A DNA stretch of 64,000 bases from Antedon mediterranea (lineage: Eukaryota > Animalia > Echinodermata), in the NCBI RefSeq assembly GCF_964355755.1, contig NC_092676.1, positions 5,743,888 through 5,807,887 of the forward strand, written 5' to 3'. Shown in pieces: positions 51,410 through 64,000 of the stretch; within the stretch, counting starts at the first letter, position 1; the number at the start of each line of letters is the position of its first letter. The position numbers were made by a program, and so were the translations under genes. The notes under the pieces are model-generated. The model had not been told where the DNA came from. It worked only from the letters and a program-made list of their open reading frames with translations, and searched no databases.

Positions 51410-52940
51410 AAGTCGATATAGCATATTTTTATTTTTTTATTTTGTATATAACTGGTTGACATGCGCAGATGCACATCATATTTTCTGCGCATTGAAACAT
51501 TTTTCAAAAAAATCCTAGTACAGAGAAATTTCCGAAATTTGGCCATGTTAGTGCAAAATTTCGACCTTTTTATTTTTGCACATAACTAGTTGAAATTTGA
51601 CCATAGCATGATAAGCATGCGCAGAGTCGAATATTGGGTTCTGCGCATTTCAATTATGCTATATCAACCAGTTTTAGTGAAAAATAAAAAGGTCGAAATT
51701 TGAGCATTTTTTGTAAAAATCCATGTACTATAGTGCAGGAAAATTTTGGAAAAATTGACGTTTTTTTACACTTTTATTTTTTGCCATAAATGGTTACTAG
51801 GCCTATAGCGTGATAAACATGCGCAGAATCGAATATAGGGTTCAATTATGCTATAGTAACCAGTTTTAGCAAAAAATAAAAAGGTCGAAATTTGACTTTT
51901 TTTTTAAAAATCCCTGTACTATAGTACAGGAAAATTTTCGAAAAAATTGCCGTTTTTTGACAGTTTTATTTTTTGTCGTAAATGGTTACTATAGCATGAT
52001 AAACATGCGCAGATTCAAATATTGGGTTATGCGCATGTCAATTATGCTATAGTAACCAGTTTTAGCAAAAAATAAAAAGGACGAAATTTGACTATTTTTT
52101 GAAAAAATCCCTGTACAGGAAAATTTTCGAAAAATAACCATTTTCGACCCTTTTATTTTTTGACATAAATGGTTACTATAGCATGATAAACATACGCAGA
52201 GTCAAATATTGGGTTCTGCGCATTTCAATTATGCTATAGTAACCAGTTTTAGCGAAAAAAGAGGTCGAAATTTGACAATTTTAACAAACAATTTTTTTTT
52301 TATTTGTTATTTGTTTGTTTGTTTGTTATTTTTTGACATAAATGATTACTATAGCATGATAAACATGCGCAGAGTCGGATATTGTCGGTACAGGAAAATT
52401 TTCTAAAAATGACACTTTTTCGACCCTTTTATTTTTTCCATAAATGGTTACTATAGCATGATAAACACGAGCATAGTCGAATATTGGGTTCTGCGCATGT
52501 CAATTATGCTATAGTAACCAGTTTTAGCAAAAAATAAAAAGGACGAAATTTGACCATTTTTTGAAAAAATCCCTGTACATCCCTGTACTATAGTACAGGA
52601 AAATTTTCGAAAAATAACCATTTTTCGACCCTTTTATTTTTTGACATAAATGGTTACTATAGCATGATAAACATGCTCAGAGTCGAATATTGTTTTTTTT
52701 TTCGGAAAATGGCCAAATTTGGACATAAATAGTTACTATGACTCTATAAGGTGATGATAACACAATATATGCGCATATATGGCAATATTATCGCATAATA
52801 ACTGAATTTTAAATAGTGGATATTTTAGCCATTTAAAAAAAAATCCCAGTACTATTAGTACCCCTACGAGGAAATTTTCGAAAAATGCCAAAATTTCGAC
52901 ATTTTTTATTTTGGACATAACTAGTTACTATGACTCTAAA
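51410..52940. repeat. Satellite of ~170-185-bp internally palindromic units
   Basis: About 8 degenerate copies of ggttactatagcat...atgcgcaga...tctgcgcat...atgctatagtaacc plus aaaaataaaaaggtcgaaa...cctgtactatagtacagg...tttcgaccctttattttt. Confidence 0.85.
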
Positions 52941-53527
52941 TGTGTATAAATAATATAATGTAGGTACCCCATTATTACTTTTTAAGCAAAGTCGTAACCT
53001 GGAATGACGCAGATGCAATGCAAGCGATGTTGACAAGTGACACGCACTAGTTCGAATCTATCGCTTGTGATTGGTTGCGGTGCGCTTACGTCCTAGTGGA
53101 AACCAAGCTTTAATTCGTAGTGTCCTAATGTCAGGCGCGTACGACCAGATCCATACAATTTCACACAGGGGTAAAAGGCAGGAGGTAGGCCTACGTCAGA
53201 AGCATACATACAAAAATACATTATAATAACATGTATGTAATAACATTAAGGTATTAACGCCTGTTTTCCATTAGGCTTGGTTCTCACTAGTATATGCAAC
53301 GCAAACAATGACGTAGATGCAACGCAAGTTGAAAAGCGACAGTTCGAAAAATCCATCGCTTGATCAAATCACCTGCGTTGTTCTTACGTCTTTTTACTTG
53401 AATATGCAAATTAGCTTTTACAGTATAGTGGAAAATAATTGGACAAATAGAGGAAGTAAAACCTCTGTGATTGGACAATGGGTAACTCATGAATAGTATT
53501 CCATTTGTTAAGGAATTCCTAAATTGT

Positions 53528-53721
53528 AAAGGCCCATTTACACTAGGGCGATAATGATCGAATATAACAAGATAAATATGCATTTTTCATACCTAAAACA
53601 AAAGAAATAAATGGTTATCCTATAGTTATAGAATGAAAACCTTTCTAATTTCTTTTGTTGTTGTTGGGAATTATTATCTATTTATCATCGATCGTTATCA
53701 TCCTAGTGTAAATGTGCCTTA
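53528..53721. mobile_element. Internally deleted MITE (same family as 10712-11038 and 63663-64000)
   Basis: Inverted termini aaggcccatttacactagg...cctagtgtaaatgtgcctt. Confidence 0.65.
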
Positions 53722-54624
53722 AGAGTTTTTAGCTTAGTCTTAGTTTGGTTAACGAGTTCGGATTTGTTGCACAATTTTTCACTTCACAAAATATAAATGC
53801 GAAATCAATTAACAATACATTTTTCTAGTAAAAAAAAACAGACTATAGTATTTTTGCCATGAAAACCATTATACAATAACACTAATATATAAACATTTTG
53901 GCTAACAGTTTGTGAAAAGTGTTTTAGATTATACAGTATCCACATTTTATTGGGAAAACAGGAATCAAAGACTGTACTATTCATCTTTTTACAGTTTAAT
54001 ATCTTAGGCATATGAAAATCACAATGATATAAATGGTCAACAATTTAAGTATGAAAATCTTTTAAAGATTTTTTAATATTTAACTATTATATACATTTTG
54101 TATTCATATATTCAGAGGCTCCTTGTTTTAAAATGTAAAAAAAAATATGTGTGGCATAATGGTTAGGTGCCTATCTTGTAAATGATTGTCATTAGATTCG
54201 ACTTCATCTGGATGTTTTACAATGCAGATTTTTAAAGAAAAAAGTCAGCGGTAATGCTGAAAGATGTTTTTAATTAAAATATTAGGAAGCTTTTAATTTG
54301 AGAAGACTTTTTGTCATTTTAATTCTTTGTGCATGTAGACGTGCTTCCACCTCGACACAGGTTTGGTGGTTTCTAGGTCCAGGTGTAGACCAACGACATA
54401 TGGAATGAACTAATTTCTTCCTATGTCATCGCAAATCAAAAGCTCTATTAAGTCATAAACTTCCCCAGCTATAGAGGGCAGCAGATCATTCGCCCACTGC
54501 CTGTAATAAAACACAACATTCAATATTCATGGTTTAATATCGGCGTAAAATGGCAAGCCAAAACAAAAAATGTACTACTATTCAGTGTTTGCCAAGACAA
54601 AAGAAACACTATGTTGATACAGCT

Positions 54625-55020
54625 TAACCAATGACCCCACATCAGCTGTTAAATTCCCAACACTTGACCAATGACTGTTCATTTCCTATCTGTTGAATAT
54701 TCATACTGTACAACTTGACCAATGACTGTTCAGTATAATTTCCTATCTGTTGAATATTCATACCTGTTGACCAATCCTTATTGACTTCTTTTTTAAACCA
54801 CATCAACTGTTACAATATTCACAACATTTGACCAATGACTTTACAGTATCATTTTCTATCTGTTGAATATTCATACTACAGTAGTTGACCAATCCACATT
54901 GACTTTCTGTTTTTAAACCACATCAACTGTTAAATATTCACAACATTTGACCAATGACTTTACAGTATCATTTTCTATCTGTTGAATATTTATATCTGTT
55001 GACCAATAAGTGTTCAATAT
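54625..55020. repeat. Irregular tandem repeat (ttgaccaatgact...ctatctgttgaatattcatac)
   Basis: Four to five copies with ~50-120-bp periodicity. Confidence 0.8.
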
Positions 55021-55199
55021 TCCAAAAATTAGCATAATATATTCACGGTGGGTTTCATACCATTTGGTTGTGATCTTCAAATCGTGATACAACCTAAAAA
55101 AAAAATATGATTGATAATTTTACAAATTAATAATAATTGATTTATGATTTTATTTTTATTATTTGCCAGGATCTATCGACAGGAGCAATGTCCTCTGCA

Positions 55200-55918
55200 T
55201 TTAAGCTCTGTTTGACCAAAAAAAGTCTGATGTACCCGAATGTGGTAGTGATATGCCCAAATATGGTAGTGATATGACATCATCATGTCCATATATAGGC
55301 ACATTATAATTTTTGTTACATAAAGTTTGATAGTGTAGAAAGAGCTAAAAGCTATGTCTACACTATCAAACTAGTTTGACCAAACAAGTGTGATGCACCC
55401 GAATATGGTAATGATATGCCAAAATATGGTAGTGATATGACATCATCATGTCCATATAAAGGCACATCATATTTGTTGTCACTATAATAAAGTTCTATCA
55501 GTGCACTATCAAATTAGTTTGACCAAACAAGTGTGATGCACCCGAATATGGTAGTGATATGCCAAAATATGGTAGTGATATGACATCATCATGTCCATAT
55601 AAAGGCACATCATATTTGTTGTCACTATAATAAAGTTCTATCAGTGCACTATCAAATTAGTTTGACCAAACAAGTGTGATGCACCCGAATATGGTAGTGA
55701 TATGCCAAAATATGGTAGTGATATGACATCATCATGTCCATATAAAGGCACATCATATTTGTTGTCACTATAATAAAGTTCTATCAGTACACTATCAAAC
55801 TAGCTTGACCCAAAAAAAGTGTGATGCACCCGAATATGGTAGTGATATGACATCATCATGTCTATATATTAATATAGGCACATCATATTTTTTGTCACAT
55901 GAAGTTTGATAGAGCTTT
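55200..55918. repeat. Tandem array of a ~142-bp MITE-derived unit
   Basis: cactatcaaactagtttgacc...gtgtgatgcacccgaatatggtagtgatatg...catcatgtccatata x5. A solo copy with TIRs (ctacact...atagtatagacagagc) lies at ~62203-62352. Confidence 0.85.
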
Positions 55919-55996
55919 AGAAATCAATTCTGGACAATAAGCCTAAATGGACAATGACAAGTGACTTCTTAAAATCAGAGGGGATATTTATAATTA

Positions 55997-56408
55997 CAGT
56001 AGAACCTGCATTTTACCTACGGTACGGGACCGAAAGACGTACGTATAACACAGGATTCGTAAAATCCAGGTTGACCTTCAACTGACCCCCAACTACGTAG
56101 ATCGTAGCTAAAATGTGAAACCTAGCTGTGAGGCCTAACTAGAAAAGTATATGCAGGCTGTGCGATGTTTAAATAAAGTAAAAAAATCAATGTTCTTGTA
56201 TTTTCTATCAATAAATAAAAACAGTCGCTGCTGTAAGGGAATGCATGCGTGTGGCTTGTCTCACAAGTTAATATGGATTTATTGTTGTTAAATAGCTCCC
56301 TCAATGTAAGAAAATATCACTATGTAATAAAAGACTAAAAAATGATGACATCATCGGTCATTTTATGCATACGTAAAATCCAGGGAACGTAAAATCATGG
56401 TTTTACTG
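55997..56408. mobile_element. Tc1/mariner(pogo)-type MITE
   Basis: ta|cagtagaacctgcattttac ... gtaaaatcatggttttactg|ta. Confidence 0.72.
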
Positions 56409-56476
56409 TATACGGTTATTTTTAACCTTTTGGATCACCACCATGCTTTGATTTATTAATAATTCTATAAATTAAA

Positions 56477-59400
56477 ACTAGATTTGAACTCGTCACGTTG
56501 ACGAGTTAGGCTATCGCCCAACGCATCGAAACACGCACATGTTATTTATTATGCTTAGTCTACAATAGGCTGCACTACAACGATTGTAAAAAACAGCTGG
56601 AATACATCAAAATCGTTTAATAAGTGTCAACAGTTGACGGTATTAGCATTGTAAACGGTTTAGTTGACGGTTATTTTTTATTTTACACCACTCACGTTTA
56701 TTCAATTGTTTGAAAATGATGACCGTTTCAAATAAAAAAAAAAAGTTCATAAGTCTAAAAAGGAATTATTTTAGTAATAAAATATTGAAAATTGGAAGAA
56801 AATTGATAACGTTTACGCGGTATGCGCTTTATTGAATGTGACGAACAGTGTCGAAAGAGACAAAATCCCTATATTTTACATTTGTGTGGCCATACGATGA
56901 CGTCACAACAGCCCAGAGGTAAAAATTTTGCATGAATTCATATCTACAATATATCTGCTTACATATTAAGTTAAAAAAATTGGGGGTCACCAGACATCCC
57001 GGAGAGCTATAATCGATTCAAAATAGGCATATTTTTACACAAATTTGCATAAAATTACCAATTTTCAAGCGCACGATTTTTAAAGTTTGACGTGCACGTG
57101 TGTCATTATTTTGCATTCATAATTCATCAAATATGAAAGAAATATATCATAAAACTATGAAAAACAATAATCAAGCGCAAAAACGGGCTTTCTAGGCTGC
57201 GTACGAGCGAAGTGCGCAATAGCGCGCGCGCAACGCAATTTTTTTTGAAAAATGTGAAATGCTTAAAATGTCCTGAAACGTGTAGAAAGTTGATTAGAAA
57301 TTGATTTTGAGCATTTTTAACTTTCAAAGCGCGCGTACGCGCCATTTGACCAATGTTCAAAATTTTGCTGATGATACAGGAAGATGACCCTTGACATGAA
57401 GCATAGCTACAGTACAGATAAAAACTACTGCAACATTTGCCACGCGTAGGTAACGTAGTCAACGCGTGGCGGGTGCGTGGCGGTTGCGTGGCGTAGCATT
57501 CGTAGTGCGTAGGCTACGCGTAGCATTCGTAGCCTACGTTGTGATCAACTGTGTGTGGGAATTCCCCAAACTCAACTGTGTACAAGTAAATTGTCGACGG
57601 CTAAGCAGGCTACGAAAAGTTTGAATAAATAGAAATGATACGATTGTTATTCAATAATATCATCATCATTATTAAACATACTTGAAATTCAAATTTTTCT
57701 AAAGGAAATAGCAATTAAAATTGCTCAAAGCCTAGGCTAGACGCGAAAAGTCTACTGCTGACTGCTGTACATTCACCATCGCCGGCCAGGCAGTAGTGTA
57801 CAAAATGAATTGATGACGGGCCGTTATTATGACTACCTTTCATAGTAATAGTAACTATTAGTAGTAGGCCTAAAATTGCAAGTTAATTTTTTATAAGTAA
57901 TTAATACAGTACTCAGTATGTTTCATTTAAACAAACAATATCCAGGTTTGAAACTTTCGTCGTAACTGTACATCAAACTCCATTAATATTAGCTATTGTA
58001 ACAACCTGCAGCAGAGGATCGGTGTGGAGGGTCAAGTTACAGGTCGTTTAGAACATCGTCATCAGCAGAGAGGAGGAGGATCGGAGGACACTAACATGTG
58101 CTTGCCTGATCTTGTTGTTTTGTTTTTTTTAGTCATGCGCAATAATAGTAGATAGTATTTAAATAAATGTTATTTTAGTTATAAATAAAAATAAATTATA
58201 ATTAACATTTTAGGGTTAGGAAATATGCAAGACTTTATTTAATAAAAGTTGAACTTCACTAAATTGAAGGTTAAAATCAAAACATAAAAGTACAGTTCAG
58301 AGAGAGTATCCATCCGCGGATCATAAACACGTGGATATAAACACACTGGGCGAATGAATTACGAATGGAGTGATCCGTCTCGATTTCCGTTGGAGCAAAA
58401 ATAATATCGCATTTGTATTCTATTATTTTGACATTTACAGTATTTAAACAATTCATATTATCCCATAGTACTAAATAAGCGTAATATTTCATTTAAACGC
58501 ATTTTTAAAACGAAACATCGTTCATTATATAGCCTAGTAAACAAACATAGTTCAGACAGTAGAGAGTTGTACTGCGCGATACAAACACGTGGATAAACAG
58601 CAGCTTCACGGCGAAAACTGTCGTATCGAGGAAATATCCTTCTGTCACGTCCTAGGCTATACCACATTATTTCACATTTTCACGCCATGTACATCGTATT
58701 TAACGCTTGTACACAGTATGGATTATCATACAGTACTACTACTAAGTAGGCCTATAAGTACTATAGGCGTACCACATATTTTAAAATTAAACTGTCGGTA
58801 GGTACGCCGGTAACCCTACCTTTTTAGCTAGCTAGCTAGGCCTAGCCGGAGGCCATTTCACACAAACAGATGACGACCGCCGTCCACCGTACGTTGGCCG
58901 ATCGGTGATAGATGTACACTTGTTCTTCTTTCATAAAAATAAATGTCCCATTTTAACACAACCAACACACAGTAATTAATACTAATATAAATACATTTAT
59001 TATTACTTCACAGTAATTAACTCGCATTTTAAAATTGATGAAAACTAGTATTCAAATTCGTTAACAAATTCCGTGTGTGGTGCAGCAGCACAGTACACAA
59101 TAATCTGAACATTGGAATTTCCCCTCCTAGCTCTCGCTTCGTAGGCTACGCGTAGACTACGCGTAGCATGTTAGCTTGCGTAGATTACGCCACGCGAAAC
59201 CTACGAAGTTGCCACGCGTACGAAACGTAGTCTACGCGTCCAAATGTTGCAGTATTTATTATCTGTACTGTATTGGTTTTCAAGTTATAGTCAATCTAAG
59301 AATTTCAGAAAATTGCGCGTAGTTACGCTACGCGACCATATTTTCATTAAACCAAAGTTTGTTGCACAACTACATATATACGTGCATCTGCTGGCCAAGT

Positions 59401-59516
59401 TACAACATAACTGCTATTGCCATTTTTGAGATATGCGACCAACAAAAAATGAGCAGAAAAAATGAAATCTCTGACAATAACAATAGGCTATCGCTCTACA
59501 GAGAGCGATAGCCTAA
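56477..59516 (+). mobile_element. Helentron/HINE-like non-autonomous element hosting a nested insertion
   Basis: 5' aactagatttg-aactcgtc..gacgagtt-aggctatcgc. 3' hairpin taggctatcgctct-ac-agagagcgatagccta shares the taggctatcgc subterminal motif. Confidence 0.55.
57410..59270. mobile_element. TA-flanked TIR element nested in the Helentron-like element
   Basis: ta|cagtacagataa..tactgcaacatttg ... caaatgttgcagta..ttatctgtactg|ta, with subterminal acgcgtag/ctacgcgt arrays at both ends. Confidence 0.72.
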
Positions 59517-62379
59517 TAATAATAATATATAAATATAACTTACTGAGTTGATTCCTGGAAGATACAATATAGTTCCTATAATAGGCACTCGTCTTAAAAA
59601 GTTTATTGCGACTGGGAAAAATCCTCTGAAAGAAAGTACAGTATGAAATGAACTTAATTAAGAAGTTCTTGGGAAAAATGGAAAAAAGTTCTTTTAAGGA
59701 GAACTCCCTTTAAGGAAAAACATGAATCGTTTAAAGCTTAATTGTTTATTATTAATTCTTGATGCTTAAAAATAATGAGCAATTATTTATAAATGACAAA
59801 TTGACATCGATAAACAGAAATTTATCATCAAATACAATTCATTTTAAGACTGTTTTAACAGGATCAAATGCAAGTGTGGAAATACCATTCATTCCCGAGA
59901 CATCCATGGATTTTTGTCTCAGCTAAGTTTTTTTTTCAGTTTCTCACCCCGGGCCCTTCAAACCTGTTTCACAGCCTAAAGAGATTGCAAAACTTTGCAT
60001 TTAATTTCTTAGCCCTTATTACTGTATATTTAGGGACCATGTCATAATTATTCTACTGCGGTTACTGCAGTAACTACATTTGTTGTTGTTTATTACAGTA
60101 TGAGTCGGTCTTTTCAATAAATCGGTGTGTACTGTATGATTACAGAAACACAGTGACTAATTTGGACAAGGTCCCTTAGTAAAGAAACAAATTGTTTATA
60201 GTATCAAAATGATAATAATTTTTTGATAAAAATTTAGCTTACCTAAACAACAAAAAGAATCCGTAAGTTTCCACACACATTCCTACAATAGGCCAACCAA
60301 TTAACACCACTACCATACCACCAACAAAGAACCCTGTGGCTTTTAATTTGTGCGTTTGAAAGAAGAAACGGAATGTTCTCTCTAGACCGATAACTAAGGC
60401 TAAACCCGATAAAAATAATATCTGAAAAAAAATTTAGAAAAAATCAAATTATTAAATGATTAACATTTTTATTATAACAATAATAATAAAAAAATGATGA
60501 TTTAATTAAAAAAAATTAACATTAACTAATATTTAAATCCAAATTAAACTGATTTTCCAAAAGGTTGAAATTTACATTTCCGATTGCTAAGAGTCCGCCA
60601 TCAAAGAAGAATAAAACACCTAGAAATAAAAAGAACACACCAAATCCGGCAAGACCAACGCCAATTTCTGTAAAGAGAAATTTAAATTTGATTGATAATA
60701 TGTGGGATAAATGAGTTTAAGCATTCTTTCAGTAGGCCTACTGTAGCCTAGGTTCTCGGTCAGACTGGCCTACTGCTTGCCATTTACTATAGACTGAAAA
60801 CCACCATCAACACGACCACAAAATCTTACTCTAAACAATAACAAAACATTCCTCTACGTAAATGGTGGCTAAAAAGCCGACTAGCCTGTCTATGTCTTAT
60901 TATTTTATTATTAATACAATAGATGAGATAGCGTAGGGCCTAGGCCTACAGGCTAATTAATTTATTTAAATAAATTATTTAATTAGGCCTAGTTAGAGGC
61001 TAGCTAGCTAGGCTAGGCCTGGAATTAAACATTATTTTATTGAAATAGGTAAAGCTATACAATACAGAAATGCTTAATATTATATAATTTAACCCAAAGA
61101 TATATATTATGTATATACATAATAGTAGGATCACAATTTATATTTCGAGGCTAGGCCTAGACCTTGTCACAACTGGAGAAACCATGCGGGGACTTGAGCA
61201 TTTCTTCCGGGCAGGTGAAACACCCGAAAGAGCTTGATTCAAGAGGCCTCGACAATTTAAGTAATAGGTCAAAACGCTATACTTATCTTCATAAAACAGT
61301 TTTAAAATGTAAACTTACTTTGAAGATCTGTTATTTCAATCATAATTCTGTCTCCTTAACAACTATTTTGTTAAAATATTGTTTTGTACCGTCAGGCTAG
61401 GCCAACCCACACGTCAACACAATAGACGTGGAACTGTTGAAAAAATAGCAAAGGCTATTTGGACGGCGGCCTGTGAGGTTAACCAAACACGATTGTTTGT
61501 ACGGTAAAAATCGTCATTGGCCATTGGATCGCATACCGGCCGTACCACAACAGATTAGTTCACACGCCCAGTCGTCGTGCGAATAACACCAGCCTTCGGA
61601 AAAATACGAGTAATTGATATAGCGCCACCTACAATTTAAAACTTTATTATAAATTTAAACAAGAAATATTTCTTACAAAAAACGCCGCGTAACTTTTTGA
61701 CTGGACAGTCTTCATTAATCTAATATAATAGGTCGGCCAATCAAAACGCAAGTGAACAATTGGGACTTTACTTGTGATTTATGTCATTGGCCTGTCAGCA
61801 CAGTCGTTTCTTTCTAGAATTAAACGCACAAACTTGTATTGGGTATAATTTATGTTTATGTGGTTATTACTATCGCATTTAGGTATTGATAATAATAATA
61901 ATATGGCTTTTGAATATATAATTACTGTCTGTAGAATAACATTTATACATTTTCGGTTCGCGATGAAAAGTTATATGAATGGATTTGTAATAGGTATTTA
62001 TAATAATAGTATATGGGTTGTATTATTGATAAGCTATCACCAAATCGCGTTATACCATTATTTCTCAGGGTTTTTTGCACCATTGATCAATACCAAACGC
62101 GTATCGGTATTATAGTTTTTAATGAATCATTACATTAATAAAAATACCCAATTAAATCAATCGCGTCAGTCCAATTCCGACTTATGTTTCGATCACATAG
62201 TTCTGTGTCTACACTGTCCCAACTAGTTTAACAAAAAAAGTGTGATGTGCCCAAATATGGTAGTGATATGCCCGAATATCGTAGTGGACATCGTCATGTC
62301 TATATAATAATATGGGCACATCATATTTAGTTTGATAGTATAGACAGAGCTTAAGGATTATATTTAAAAAATGTTTTCT

Positions 62380-63470
62380 TTCATTTTGAAAAAAAGTATT
62401 TATTTGTTTATAAGCCCAATTTTCCAGTCTTAATTTTACATTTTGAAAAAAAAGTATTTTATTTGTTGATAAGCCCAATTGTGCAGTCTTATTTTACATT
62501 TTGAACAAAAGTATTTATTTGTTGATAAGCCCAATTTTGCAGTCTTATTTTACATTTTAAACGAAAGTATTTATTTGTTGATAAGCCGAATTTCCAGTTT
62601 AATAATAATGACCCCTTCCACAGTGCTTATACCATATATATTTTACATGATATTGACCGTGGGTTCTTTACGCCTCTGATGCATTTGTTTTTATTGTACC
62701 TTTTTAATAAATTATTATATGTTTAGGCCTAATCACACCCAATTTAATGAAACGGTCAGATTCCGATTTCAATTGAACAAAAGTAGTACTGTATTTATTA
62801 TTCATTGATAAGCCAAGGGTCCCATGGCGTTAGCCGATATCTTGAGCATTTGACTCATGTGTCAACCTGTAACACAAATCATTCTTCAAAATCTAAAGAA
62901 AGAACCTCACACGTCTTTTTTGTGAGTGATGGATATGCCAACGGAAATAATATGTGGACATTGCAAACAATCATAGGCCCGATCATAGGCCTACAGTAAC
63001 AAACATAACATGGCTAATAAGCATAACATTCAGACTTGTTTGTTTTCTAGTGGATTTTATTTACTTTAGCATGTAGAATAAAACTAGTAACAGTGGCTAT
63101 ATTAATAATTATACTGATTATCCTTGATGTTATCGCGTCTAATAATAAAATATTTTGTTGTTGATAAGCCCAATTTTTCAGCCTTGATTTTACATTTTGA
63201 ACGAAAGTATTTATTTGTTGATAAGCCCAATTTTGCAGTCTTAATAATGACCCTTCCACAGTGCATTTTACATGATATTGACCGAGGGTTTATACGCCTC
63301 TATAGCCACTGATCAATACCATAATTAATGTACTTTTTTAAATGAATATTGAAATGTTTCAACATACCCAATTCAAAAAAACGGTCCGTTTTCGAGTTCA
63401 ATCTTTTAGAGAGGTTGGAGTTTCATTTTGAACGAAAGTATTTATTTGATTGTGATAAGCCAAATTTCTA
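62380..63470. repeat. ~55-60-bp repeats and local duplication
   Basis: aaagtatttatttgttgataagcccaattt...ttttacattttgaa x4 at 62380-62600, x2 at 63150-63245 and x1 at ~63430. Downstream atgaccccttccacagtgc...gatattgaccg is duplicated. Confidence 0.75.
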
Positions 63471-63662
63471 GTCCTAATGATTTGAGATTCAACGGGTTTT
63501 GCTTTCAATTGTATAATAACAGCCACATGTTAAGGAATATGAATCTCTTTATGATTTTAATATGGTTCGAAATGATATTACACAACGATTAGACAGCAAC
63601 TGTGCAAGAGTCCAACTAATAAAATGAAAACGGAATGATCAATTAATTGAAAATTTACAGCA

Positions 63663-64000
63663 TAAGGCCCATACACTAGGACGATAACGATCGACGATAA
63701 GACAAATGTGCATTTTTAATACATAAACCAAAAGGAATATAAACAATTCCTTTGATGAAAATTATATTTTCACACGTCCAATCAAATGACGTCATGATTA
63801 GTAAGACCAATAATATCGTGACAATACAGCGATTTTATTGTTTTTATTTATCATGACGTCATTTGATTGGAATTTGAAAAACATTATTTTTATCAAAGGC
63901 AGCATAAATGATTATCCTATAGGTCTAGAACGAAAACCTTTCCAATTTCTTTTGGTTTATGTAAAAAAAATGCATGCTATATATTTATCGTCCGTCGTTA
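63663..64000. mobile_element. Palindromic MITE, runs off the window end
   Basis: taaggcccatacactaggacgataacgatcgacgat start. The interior matches 10760-11010. Confidence 0.7.

Noticed and set aside
60230-61760. Promoter or first exons of a neighbouring gene (minus-strand GTAAG donors at ~60240 and ~61315, CCAAT and CTCF-like agcgccacct at ~61621)
   Set aside because: The motifs are short and no coding frame or downstream exons could be supported from sequence alone.

Overview
AT-rich eukaryotic (marine-invertebrate-like) genomic DNA. Bases 1-48 kb hold a head-to-tail cluster of three paralogous minus-strand leucine-rich-repeat GPCR genes with an LGR type-C/GRL101-like hinge and 7TM. Gene C (47689->34907) is complete, about 859 aa. 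Gene B (28382->12435) has a frameshifted exon 1 and no recognisable exon 2, but its LRR exons and 7TM are intact. Gene A starts at 7881 and runs off the left edge. The apparent ~520/~937-bp tandem repeats are intron+exon units. Each carries one 72-nt, phase 2-2 exon encoding a 24-aa LRR, (L)xLxxNQISTLPANVFDRLTALTx, which closely resembles the lamprey VLR LRRV consensus. Across 35 such exons the introns and framework codons are strongly homogenised. The four codons predicted to sit on the concave ligand-binding face are hypervariable: 27 different xLxx motifs, rich in Y/W/H/D/S/G/R/N, with no stops. Cassettes and half-cassettes are shuffled within and between paralogs, so this looks like a diversifying, modular recognition-receptor system wired to a GPCR. 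The rest is a LINE RT fragment, many MITE/Helitron-like elements, satellites and palindromes. The 48-64 kb region has no convincing coding gene. All exon coordinates and translations were read by eye, and function is inference.
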